Assembly (NCBI GenBank): GCA_002707155.1
Contig: PAME01000012.1
Location: forward strand, 61,547 to 125,546
From: Crocinitomicaceae bacterium
GTDB taxonomy: Bacteria > Bacteroidota > Bacteroidia > Flavobacteriales_G > Salibacteraceae
Direction: 5' to 3'
Length of the DNA: 64,000 nt
Within the stretch, counting starts at the first letter, position 1. Each line of letters starts with the position of its first letter. Below the pieces are notes generated by a model that was not told the origin of the DNA, made no database searches, and saw only the letters and a program-made list of their open reading frames with translations. Of the stretch, positions 53,576-61,450 are shown one piece after another. The translations under genes and the position numbers were made by a program.

Positions 53576-54895
53576 CTAATTCTGAGGTTTGGGTTTGTTA
53601 TGGGAGTTAGAGTTGTTTCCTGAATTATTCCCTTTGTTTTTGTTTTTAAACCACGGTTTTTTGCCTCCTTTGGCTTGCGGACGTTTTCCCTTAAAGTTTC
53701 GATTATTTCCTCCGCCACCTTTTCCTTTTTTTGAACCAATTTGAGATTTCGGGTCATATTTAGGACTTTCTCCTATTTCAGATGGTGTGTCTAATTTGTC
53801 AAGAGTTCTTTCTATAAGTTCTTCAACATTCATCATCTTCAGTTGGTCATCTTCATTCACAAATGAAATGGCTGTACCTTTTGACTCAGCACGGGCGGTA
53901 CGCCCAATTCTGTGCACATAATCTGCAGCATCATTTGGCATGTCAAAATTCATGACATGACTTAGTCCTTGAATATCAATTCCACGACTTAAGACGTCAG
54001 TAGCAACTAATATTTTGATATTACCAGCTTTAAAGTCTCTTAATCGCTCTTGACGTTCAGATTGTTCTCTTCCCGAGTGCAAACTCTTTATAGAATGCCC
54101 ATCCTTAATTAATGCTCTTTCAATTTGATCAACCATCTCTTTTCGAGAGGCGAAAATGATCATGTTCTGAATGTCTTCGTTTTTTAGAATATGAGACGCA
54201 AGCGCTAGTTTGTTTGGATTGTAAACGTTGTAAATAACTTGATTTACTCCTTCAGCTGGCTTGGCTATTGCCAAATTAATTTGTTCAGGTTCTTTTAGAA
54301 TTTGCTTTGCAAGCACCCTGATTTGGGTTGCCATTGTAGCCGAGAACATTAAAGTTTGCCTGTTTTTGGGAGTTTTATCAATGATTTTAGTGATGTCATC
54401 AATAAACCCCATGTCTAACATACGATCTGCTTCATCAAGGACTAACATCTCTAATCCAGATAGGTCAACATAACCCAAATTCATATGGGCCAGCAATCTA
54501 CCAGGTGTTGCGATGATTAAATCGGCTCCTTGCTCTATTGCAGTTTTTTGCTGAGAAAAATCACCGCCTTCACCACCACCAAATACGGGAATAGAACTAA
54601 TTCCTAAAAAGTATCCAATGGCTTGAACTTGCTCATCAATCTGCACGGCTAGTTCCCTAGTTGGAACTATTATTAGTGTTCTTACTTTATCATTTTTCGA
54701 TTGGGTAATTTTCTCCAACATTGGAATAAGAAAGGCGGCTGTTTTTCCAGTACCTGTTTGAGCGCACCCAATAACATCTTTTCCGTCTAAAATAACTGGT
54801 ATTGCTTGGTCTTGTATAGGGGTGCAATTTTCAAACCCCATATATCCGACAGCTTCTTTTAGGCTGTCAGAGATTTTTAATTCGTCAAATTTCAT
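53576..54895 (-). CDS. DEAD-box ATP-dependent RNA helicase with a basic G/N/K-rich C-terminal tail
   Basis: Q-motif (F.N.TPIQ), AQTGTGKT, PTRELA, DEAD, SAT, ATDV.SRGID, HRIGRTAR. 439 aa. Confidence 0.96.
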   Translation of the reverse strand: MKFDELKISDSLKEAVGYMGFENCTPIQDQAIPVILDGKDVIGCAQTGTGKTAAFLIPMLEKITQSKNDKVRTLIIVPTRELAVQIDEQVQAIGYFLGISSIPVFGGGEGGDFSQQKTAIEQGADLIIATPGRLLAHMNLGYVDLSGLEMLVLDEADRMLDMGFIDDITKIIDKTPKNRQTLMFSATMATQIRVLAKQILKEPEQINLAIAKPAEGVNQVIYNVYNPNKLALASHILKNEDIQNMIIFASRKEMVDQIERALIKDGHSIKSLHSGREQSERQERLRDFKAGNIKILVATDVLSRGIDIQGLSHVMNFDMPNDAADYVHRIGRTARAESKGTAISFVNEDDQLKMMNVEELIERTLDKLDTPSEIGESPKYDPKSQIGSKKGKGGGGNNRNFKGKRPQAKGGKKPWFKNKNKGNNSGNNSNSHNKPKPQN

Positions 54896-55233
54896 GTGTA
54901 TTTATTAATGACTTTTTTCGTCATATAGAACTCACAAATAAAAACAATCCTTTTTAAAAGGAATGATAGTTTTTAATATGTCGTTTCATTGATGCCAAAG
55001 ATGGGGTAAAATCTTTAGTAATTTCTTTTTAGCTTAAGCATATAACAAAGCAGACTAGTTAATTGCACTAAATTCTTCTGCAAATTTGAATATTAAGCTT
55101 TCAAAAACATGTTTTTATCATAGTTTTTTTGGTGAAATCAATCTTGTGTCTTTTAATTGATTCGACCTAAAATGCACTAGATTTTTCTAAATAATGACCA
55201 AAAGGGGCCTTCGAATATTAATAGTGGTTTTAC

Positions 55234-55623
55234 TTAATATAAAAACGCTGGTTCACCACTTTTACATGCAACATCGCTGGGTTCTGCCGGCAAGATACAG
55301 GTAGATACAATGCCCGTTTTACGGTTATATTCTTCCTCAAGTTCAGTATATTCTTTTACTTTTTGCAAAAAATCCGCTACATCCAGTTCAGTGGAGTAAG
55401 CGATATACCCTTGAGGCCCCCCACAAGCTTTAGATCCATATGCGGTATACTCCCATATAGAAGAATCAGTACAAGTTTTAGAGTTTGACAAGCTGTTTAT
55501 TTCCTCAAAACGCAGGTTTAACTCATAGCAAAGTGGCTCAGATTCTTCAATCACCTCCACTGGATCTTCTCGTTTACATGCAATGGAAAGAAGTAATAAT
55601 CCAAAAAATAATGTTCGATACAT
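55234..55623 (-). CDS. Hypothetical Cys-rich lipoprotein
   Basis: Lipobox LLLLSIAC and five further Cys. 129 aa. No family recognised. Confidence 0.55.
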   Translation of the reverse strand: MYRTLFFGLLLLSIACKREDPVEVIEESEPLCYELNLRFEEINSLSNSKTCTDSSIWEYTAYGSKACGGPQGYIAYSTELDVADFLQKVKEYTELEEEYNRKTGIVSTCILPAEPSDVACKSGEPAFLY

Positions 55624-55628
55624 AATGG

Positions 55629-56060
55629 CTATCGTTCTGCGATTTCTTTAATCTGCTCTATCATAGTGCATAAACCACTCTCGGTATGTTTTCTTTTTTC
55701 TTCAGTCGGGAAACCTTCTTGATGCCATGTGAATTTTACTTTTCCTTCTGAAAGTTGTTCAATTCGATAGGTAACAATGAAATAATTTTCAATTTTACCT
55801 TCAGTGCCTGACATACTGCTCCAGTAGTTGTATTTAAGCAATTCATTTTCCTTTACTTCAAGTACGTTGCCTTTGTCATTGTAAACATGACCTTCGTAAT
55901 TGCCTTGAAAAACTATTGGGCTTCCAACTTTCCAATCAGTATTCGTTTCGGTCCCGTACAGGTAAACCTTTATTTTTTCAGGATTTGTCATTGTGTCCCA
56001 AACTGATTCGCAAGTTGCATTAATTTCTATGCTTTGTGAGGCTTTAAGTGCGGTATTCAT
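55629..56060 (-). CDS. SRPBCC (AHSA1/START-like) domain protein
   Basis: 143 aa. I..A..E.VWD..T.PE.I..Y start and size fit the Aha1/BPI-like SRPBCC family. Confidence 0.7.
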   Translation of the reverse strand: MNTALKASQSIEINATCESVWDTMTNPEKIKVYLYGTETNTDWKVGSPIVFQGNYEGHVYNDKGNVLEVKENELLKYNYWSSMSGTEGKIENYFIVTYRIEQLSEGKVKFTWHQEGFPTEEKRKHTESGLCTMIEQIKEIAER

Positions 56061-56105
56061 AGTGATAGTTTGCGACTAATTTAAGAACAAAACGGTCACT
56101 CGACC

Positions 56106-56900
56106 TTATTGCGCCTTTTCAAACAATCCAGTATCGTCTAGCACATACTCTAAAATAGGTCGACATTTGTTTTTACAAGCAGGATAAAATTTCAAGTGCT
56201 CACGTTCTTTACTTTTTGGAGTATTTCCCCACCAAAATTCAGTAATAGCAATTGGTTTTAAATTGTGCTCAATAGCATATTGTAACAGCTTAGGAGCGGC
56301 ACATTCTCCTGCTGCGGCTGGAGGAGAGCCTTGAACCGAATTTTCAAATATTTCCAATACGTTTTTTGTTGCTCCGTGGATGTTTGTAAATTGGTAATTC
56401 TCGAAAAGTCGCTGTTGTAGCAAATATGATTTTTGCTTTCTCCTTTCTTTAAGAACACTGATTTCCTTTAGGTCTGATGCCTTTTTGATTTCATTGCTCA
56501 GTTCTGTTAATTCAGTCATGCCCTTATTGATAAAAAAATCATCGGTAGCATCATCAAACACAGATGGAACAAATTCTTCGCAAACTACATCAATTGCTAT
56601 TTTCCCAGAAACAGTTCCCAAATAGCCAAAGCTTTTGTCTGCTTTTTGAATCACCAAAACCCCAAACATTTTTCCTTTTTGGCAGCTGAAGTCGTAGTTC
56701 CATTTTGGAATTTCTGATTCAATAAAGTCTTGAAATTCTTTAGCAGCAATTTGCCCAATTTCTGGAATAAACGTCCCAAATGGGTTGTTGAGGTCTTTTG
56801 GAATTTCAAGGTTTGAAATGTACGATTTGAAGTTAAAAACAAGTTGATGTTTCACATCGCAAAAATGGCTCAAATTCAGTTGATTATTTCCAGATATCAA
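56106..56900 (-). CDS. Conserved hypothetical protein resembling the N-terminal module fused to long RluA-family pseudouridine synthases, but with no synthase domain
   Basis: GKMFGVLVI...GYLGTVSGK, FVPSVFD, AAGECAAPKLLQYA, EFWWG, FYPACKNKCRPIL motifs, which I recall from the N-termini of ~550 aa Bacteroidota and Gammaproteobacteria RluA-family proteins. 264 aa. Confidence 0.5.
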   Translation of the reverse strand: MISGNNQLNLSHFCDVKHQLVFNFKSYISNLEIPKDLNNPFGTFIPEIGQIAAKEFQDFIESEIPKWNYDFSCQKGKMFGVLVIQKADKSFGYLGTVSGKIAIDVVCEEFVPSVFDDATDDFFINKGMTELTELSNEIKKASDLKEISVLKERRKQKSYLLQQRLFENYQFTNIHGATKNVLEIFENSVQGSPPAAAGECAAPKLLQYAIEHNLKPIAITEFWWGNTPKSKEREHLKFYPACKNKCRPILEYVLDDTGLFEKAQ

Positions 56901-56931
56901 ATAGCGTTACACAACAGTCTCCGGAATAATA

Positions 56932-57426
56932 TTAAAACGTAGTTGAATTTAAATACTCTAAAAATGCATCCGACCGAGATATAAACCCATTGTCTATAAA
57001 GTAAAATGAAATAAATAAAAGGGCAAAACCAATCACCATTCCTTTGTAGTAACCTGGTACACCAAAGAATAAAACGGTAAGTGATAAAATTGCTAGGATT
57101 GGATAAATCTTCATTAAGGTTTTTCCTGCCTTGTTATCGTTGATGTGTTTCTCTTTTTCCAGCACTATTGCCTCAGCTTTTGATTTTTCAAATTGAGCAA
57201 TGCTTTCTACTGCGTGGGCTGGCCGAGAATATAGAATATAACTTCCGTAGCCAACCAAAGCAACGACCAAAATCCCAAACGGAATAATAGCACCGCGGAG
57301 CAGTTCGTTTTCACTTCTAATAATTCCGAAGAATGCAATAATTACCAGAATTCCAATTCCAATCATTATGCGACCTTGTAAAACTTCGTTTTTTGCCCAA
57401 GTGTTCGTGTATTCAATAAAATTCAT
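56932..57426 (-). CDS. Hypothetical 4-TM membrane protein
   Basis: Four hydrophobic helices. 164 aa. No family recognised. Confidence 0.55.
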   Translation of the reverse strand: MNFIEYTNTWAKNEVLQGRIMIGIGILVIIAFFGIIRSENELLRGAIIPFGILVVALVGYGSYILYSRPAHAVESIAQFEKSKAEAIVLEKEKHINDNKAGKTLMKIYPILAILSLTVLFFGVPGYYKGMVIGFALLFISFYFIDNGFISRSDAFLEYLNSTTF

Positions 57427-57472
57427 AGCCTTTTAATTTTAGGTATTCTAGCCATAAATTTAGATGACGAAT

Positions 57473-57892
57473 TCAGTTTGAAGATTCAATACTGTCTTTT
57501 TTGAATTTATAATCCTTATGGCAATCGTAACAATGGTACTTGCTGGAAAATATTGGAATTGGTATTCCTAGAACCACCCAAATTACTAACGAAAGTTTAC
57601 CATTGAATTTTTTACCATCAATATTTCCCGAGTCACAAACTTGACATTTGATGTTAGACTCAGAATAATTTACGTTTAAGTCGTTCGAGTCTTTTAGAAT
57701 TTGAATGGCCTGCTTGACATCTTGTTCTTGAACTTCTAACTTGACTCCGCCAATAGCATTGGAGTAAAAATTATGAACCTGAACCGTCAACTCATCACGC
57801 ACAAAACACTCAATGCCATGAGCTTCCAGCTTGCTCCTAGAAATAGCCATTTCATGCGGGTAGCTGTATGTTGCAATGGTGATGAGTTTCAT
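57473..57892 (-). CDS. DUF2007-like domain protein with a C-terminal CxxC-TM-CxxC module
   Basis: I prefer the start at MKLITIATYSYPHEMAISRSKLEAHGIECFVRDE (DUF2007-like beta-alpha-beta). Then CQVC, the TM helix LSLVIWVVLGIPIPIF, and CYDC. Confidence 0.6.
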   Translation of the reverse strand: MKLITIATYSYPHEMAISRSKLEAHGIECFVRDELTVQVHNFYSNAIGGVKLEVQEQDVKQAIQILKDSNDLNVNYSESNIKCQVCDSGNIDGKKFNGKLSLVIWVVLGIPIPIFSSKYHCYDCHKDYKFKKDSIESSN

Positions 57893-57906
57893 TTTGGTGA
57901 AACCAC

Positions 57907-59679
57907 CTAATAACAATACTTATTCGCATCAATCATTATACTAGCAATCATTTGCCTGGCCATTTTAGGATTAAAAGCTTGCACTTTGGTAAAGCGTTTT
58001 ATGCCCATCAATTGCATGCGCAATTCATCGCCTTCAGCAAAAGAGTTGAGTGCGTCCTTACCCGCTTTATTGATTTTATCGGCAACGTCGTAAATGTAGG
58101 TTTGTACCATTGCAATTTGCTCCTGTACGTTTTCTTCGCCTTTTAACGTTGCCAGTTTTTCAACTCTTAGCAACACACTTTCTGCTGCATAAGTCCAAAT
58201 GGCCATATCGGCTACGTTCATCAAAATCTCTTGTTCCTTGGACAAGGTCATCATCAATTTTTGAGCGGCAGAACCAGCAACCATTAACACTGATTTTTTG
58301 AAATTCTGAACGTACTTTTTCTCTTTTTCAAACAAAGCATCACCGGGTTCAGAGAAATCGGGAATAGACATCAGTTCGTCGGCAACTTTCATGGCTGGTC
58401 CCATTAAATCCAATTCGCCTTTCATGGCTTTTTTGAGCAGCATATCTACAATCAACATACGGTTGATTTCGTTTGTGCCTTCAAATATTCTATTGATTCG
58501 TGCATCGCGGTAGGCTCTATCCATTGGGGCTTCTGCCGAATATCCCATTCCACCATAGATTTGAACGCCTTCGTCCATCACGTAATCTGTAACTTCTGAA
58601 CCCAATACTTTTAAAATAGCGGCTTCGGCGGCAAACTGTTCAACACCTTTCAAGAGGGCAGAGGCATGATCCATTCCGTCTGCTTCTAGTGCTTTTATTG
58701 CATTGCCCATATCTCGTGTGCAACGATACAATGCAGATTCTAAAACGAAGGTTTGTATTGCTTGTTCGGCGATTTTGTGTCTTATGGCACCATACTTAGA
58801 AATGGATCTTCCAAATTGACTGCGCTCGTTTGCATAGTTCACCGAAATGTCAATGCCTTTTTTACAGCCACCTAGACATGCGCCTGCTAGTTTTATTCTT
58901 CCAATATTTAAAATATTCAAGGCGATTTTAAAACCTTTGCCTGGTTCTGAAAGTAGGTTTTCAACGGGTACTTTGCAATTTTCAAAAAACACCTGAACAG
59001 TAGAAGAACCTTTGATGCCCATTTTCTTTTCTTCGGCTCCAAATGAAATGCCTTCGTAACCGCGCTCTACAATAAAAGCAGAAAGATTTTCATCGTCTCC
59101 AATTTTTGCAAAAACAGTGTACACATCTGCAAAACCGCCATTGGTAATCCACATTTTTTGACCGTTGATGAGGTAATGTTTTCCGTCTTCAGTAAGTGTT
59201 GCTTTGGTCTTCCCAGAATTGGCATCAGAACCAGAGCTAGGTTCAGTCAAACAATAAGAAGCCTTCCATTCAGCCGTAGCTAATTTTGGAATGTATTTGT
59301 CTTTTTGAGCTTTGTTTCCGTAATACAGAATAGGCAAGGTTCCGATTCCTGAATGTGCTGAAAAGGCAACTGCAAAAGAATGCCCGGCTCCAGTAACTTC
59401 CGTAACCAACATTCCAGTTACGAAGTCTTTTGCCATTCCACCATATTCTTCTGGAATAGATACGCTAAGCATACCCAGTTCGCCTGCTTTATCAAGCAAA
59501 GAGGGCATTAACCCTTCTTCCATAGAATCGATGCGTTCTAGATTGGGAAATACTTCTTGCTCCAAAAAATCATTACAAGTTTGAGCAATCATCAATTGTT
59601 CTTCATCCCACTCTTCAGGAATAAAAATATTTTTCGCCTCTGTTTCTTTTATTAAGAATTCTCCACCTTTTATGCTCAT
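57907..59679 (-). CDS. Long-type acyl-CoA dehydrogenase (FadE-like)
   Basis: 590 aa. CLTEPSSGSDA, QKMWITNG, YGGMGY acyl-CoA dehydrogenase motifs. Last gene of the beta-oxidation operon. Confidence 0.93.
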   Translation of the reverse strand: MSIKGGEFLIKETEAKNIFIPEEWDEEQLMIAQTCNDFLEQEVFPNLERIDSMEEGLMPSLLDKAGELGMLSVSIPEEYGGMAKDFVTGMLVTEVTGAGHSFAVAFSAHSGIGTLPILYYGNKAQKDKYIPKLATAEWKASYCLTEPSSGSDANSGKTKATLTEDGKHYLINGQKMWITNGGFADVYTVFAKIGDDENLSAFIVERGYEGISFGAEEKKMGIKGSSTVQVFFENCKVPVENLLSEPGKGFKIALNILNIGRIKLAGACLGGCKKGIDISVNYANERSQFGRSISKYGAIRHKIAEQAIQTFVLESALYRCTRDMGNAIKALEADGMDHASALLKGVEQFAAEAAILKVLGSEVTDYVMDEGVQIYGGMGYSAEAPMDRAYRDARINRIFEGTNEINRMLIVDMLLKKAMKGELDLMGPAMKVADELMSIPDFSEPGDALFEKEKKYVQNFKKSVLMVAGSAAQKLMMTLSKEQEILMNVADMAIWTYAAESVLLRVEKLATLKGEENVQEQIAMVQTYIYDVADKINKAGKDALNSFAEGDELRMQLMGIKRFTKVQAFNPKMARQMIASIMIDANKYCY

Positions 59680-59707
59680 ACTTCGCTTTTTAGGTGCAAC
59701 GTTTCAA

Positions 59708-59772
59708 GTATTACGTATTACGTTTGGTCGCTTCTGATTAGCGTAATACGTTGTACGTTTTTTCGTTGTACG
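59708..59772. repeat. Heptad-repeat spacer with a hairpin: GTATTAC x2, 10-bp inverted repeat ACGTATTACG/CGTAATACGT, then GTAATAC GTTGTAC ... GTTGTAC
   Basis: Inverted repeat at 59713-59722 / 59742-59751 (19-nt loop). Direct repeat CGTTGTACG at 59749-59757 and 59764-59772. Confidence 0.85.
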
Positions 59773-59776
59773 CAGA

Positions 59777-60952
59777 TTAATTAATTAGTTCGTAAACACC
59801 AGCTGCTCCTTGCCCGGTTCCTACACACATGGTAACAATGCCGTATTTCTGTTTTCTTCTTCTCATTTCATCAAACAACTGCACCGATAATTTTGCACCG
59901 GTACAACCCAATGGATGACCTAAGGCAATAGCGCCTCCGTTTACATTTACGATATCAGGATTCAATCCCAATTCTCGAATAACGGCAACGCTCTGAGAAG
60001 CAAATGCCTCGTTCAACTCTATTTGTTCAATATCATTTAAAGTGAGACCCGCTTGCTTTAATGCTTTCGGAACCGCTGCTAATGGGCCCATTCCCATAAT
60101 TTTTGGTTCTACTCCAACTGGAGCATACGATGCTAATCGTGCAATCGGTTTAAGCCCAAGTTCGTTTACCATACGCTCACTCATTACGATTGCAAAGGCA
60201 GCTCCGTCACTAGTTTGAGAGGAGTTCCCTGCCGTTACGGACCCCGTTGCATTAAAGACCGGGCGTAACTTAGCCAATACTTCAGTCTTTGTATTCGGTC
60301 GAACGCCTTCGTCGGTATCTACGGTATACGTTCTAGTTTCTCTTTTTCCGTCTTTCAAGAACGTTTCTTCTACTTCAATTGGAATAATTCCATCTTTAAA
60401 GTTTCCGTTTTTTATTGCTTCTGCGGCCTTGCGATGCGAATGAAATGCAAATTCATCTTGTTCTTCTCTTGATATTTTAAAACGCTGCGCAACCTCCTCA
60501 GCTGTCAATCCCATTCCCCAATACCAGCCTGGGTTTTCTTTTCCAACTTTGTGATTTGGAACAACTCTCCAGCCACCCATAGGAATAAGGCTCATACTTT
60601 CAGCTCCTCCAGCAATAATGCAATCTGCCATTCCAGCTCGAATTTTTGCTGTTGCAATAGCAATGGTTTCCAATCCAGAACTGCAATATCTATTAACTGT
60701 CTGGCCAGGAATTTTATCGGAATCAAAACTCATAAGAGAAATCAATCGACCAACGTTTAGTCCTTGTTCAGCTTCCGGCATTGCATTACCCACGATTAAA
60801 TCGTCTATTCGGTCAACTTCCAATCCAGGAACCTCAGCCATCAATCCCTTAATAACTTGAGCGGCTAAATCATCAGGGCGTAGAAATCTAAATCCACCTT
60901 TGTTTGCTTTGCCAACGGCTGATCGTTTAGCACTAACTATATAAGCATCCAT
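59777..60952 (-). CDS. fadA: Acetyl-CoA C-acyltransferase (3-ketoacyl-CoA thiolase)
   Basis: I prefer the start MDAYIVSAKRSAVGKA (ATG at 60952). NRYCSSGL active-site Cys. NEAFA, GGAIALGHPLGCTG motifs. Confidence 0.95.
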   Translation of the reverse strand: MDAYIVSAKRSAVGKANKGGFRFLRPDDLAAQVIKGLMAEVPGLEVDRIDDLIVGNAMPEAEQGLNVGRLISLMSFDSDKIPGQTVNRYCSSGLETIAIATAKIRAGMADCIIAGGAESMSLIPMGGWRVVPNHKVGKENPGWYWGMGLTAEEVAQRFKISREEQDEFAFHSHRKAAEAIKNGNFKDGIIPIEVEETFLKDGKRETRTYTVDTDEGVRPNTKTEVLAKLRPVFNATGSVTAGNSSQTSDGAAFAIVMSERMVNELGLKPIARLASYAPVGVEPKIMGMGPLAAVPKALKQAGLTLNDIEQIELNEAFASQSVAVIRELGLNPDIVNVNGGAIALGHPLGCTGAKLSVQLFDEMRRRKQKYGIVTMCVGTGQGAAGVYELIN

Positions 60953-60959
60953 ATTTTTC

Positions 60960-61008
60960 GTATTAGGTATAACGTATAACGTATAACGTATAACGTACAA
61001 AGTATTAC
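60960..61008. repeat. Seven phased heptads: GTATTAG (GTATAAC)x4 GTACAAA GTATTAC
   Basis: Four perfect tandem GTATAAC copies at 60967-60994, flanked by degenerate in-phase copies. They nearly fill the spacer between the four-helix-bundle gene and the thiolase start. Confidence 0.95.
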
Positions 61009-61020
61009 GCGTGTGGCGTT

Positions 61021-61374
61021 CTACTTTTGTACTGTTCTTTTTAATTTAAAAATCATGTTCATTATTTTGTTCAGCCTGTCAAGTTGCTTAACAAGGTCTT
61101 CTCGCTTAACGTATTTAAGCCGAATTGCAATTTCTAATTGAGTATCGACTTCACAACAAGAAGCAAAGGCGATTCCAAGAAACTGTTTGAATTCACCAGG
61201 ATTGTTCCTTCCTGCTCCTTCTGCAATATTTGAGGGAACAGAAACGGCAGCCCTTCTAAGTTGATTGGAAAGTGCAAATTTTTCAGAATCTGGGAATGCA
61301 GAAACAATTTTATAGACTTCTTCGACCATATCCATAGCCTCCTGCCATACTCTAAGTTCCTTGTACTTGTTCAT
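61021..61374 (-). CDS. Four-helix-bundle protein of the 23S rRNA intervening-sequence / Avd-like family
   Basis: 117 aa. L.VWQ.A......VY.....FP..EKF.L..QLRRAA.S...NIAEG..R....E...FL.IA..S..E....L signature of this family. Confidence 0.85.
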   Translation of the reverse strand: MNKYKELRVWQEAMDMVEEVYKIVSAFPDSEKFALSNQLRRAAVSVPSNIAEGAGRNNPGEFKQFLGIAFASCCEVDTQLEIAIRLKYVKREDLVKQLDRLNKIMNMIFKLKRTVQK

Positions 61375-61414
61375 TTCTATTATTCCTATTTCTAAATTTC
61401 AGTAAGCAATTAAC

Positions 61415-61449
61415 GTAATACGTAAGCCGTTGTACGTAATACGTTGTAA
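61415..61449. repeat. Five phased heptads GTAATAC GTAAGCC GTTGTAC GTAATAC GTTGTAA abutting the fadB-like stop codon
   Basis: Same heptad family as at 59708-59772 and 60960-61008. The 14-mer CGTAATACGTTGTA (61435-61448) is identical to 59742-59755. Confidence 0.85.
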
Positions 61450-61450
61450 A

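Noticed and set aside
53572-53757. 61 aa ORF overlapping the 3' end of the DEAD-box helicase gene
   Set aside because: It is an alternative frame of the G/N/K-rich tail region on the same strand, with no independent support.
60953-61000. N-terminal extension of the thiolase ORF (MYVIRYTLYVIPNTKN)
   Set aside because: This is simply the heptad array translated in frame. The conserved thiolase N-terminus starts at MDAYIVSAKRS (ATG at 60952).
59708-61449. Whether the short repeats could be a CRISPR array or transposon terminal inverted repeats
   Set aside because: The units are 7 nt with no spacers. There are no cas genes, no transposase, and no long terminal inverted repeats or target-site duplications.
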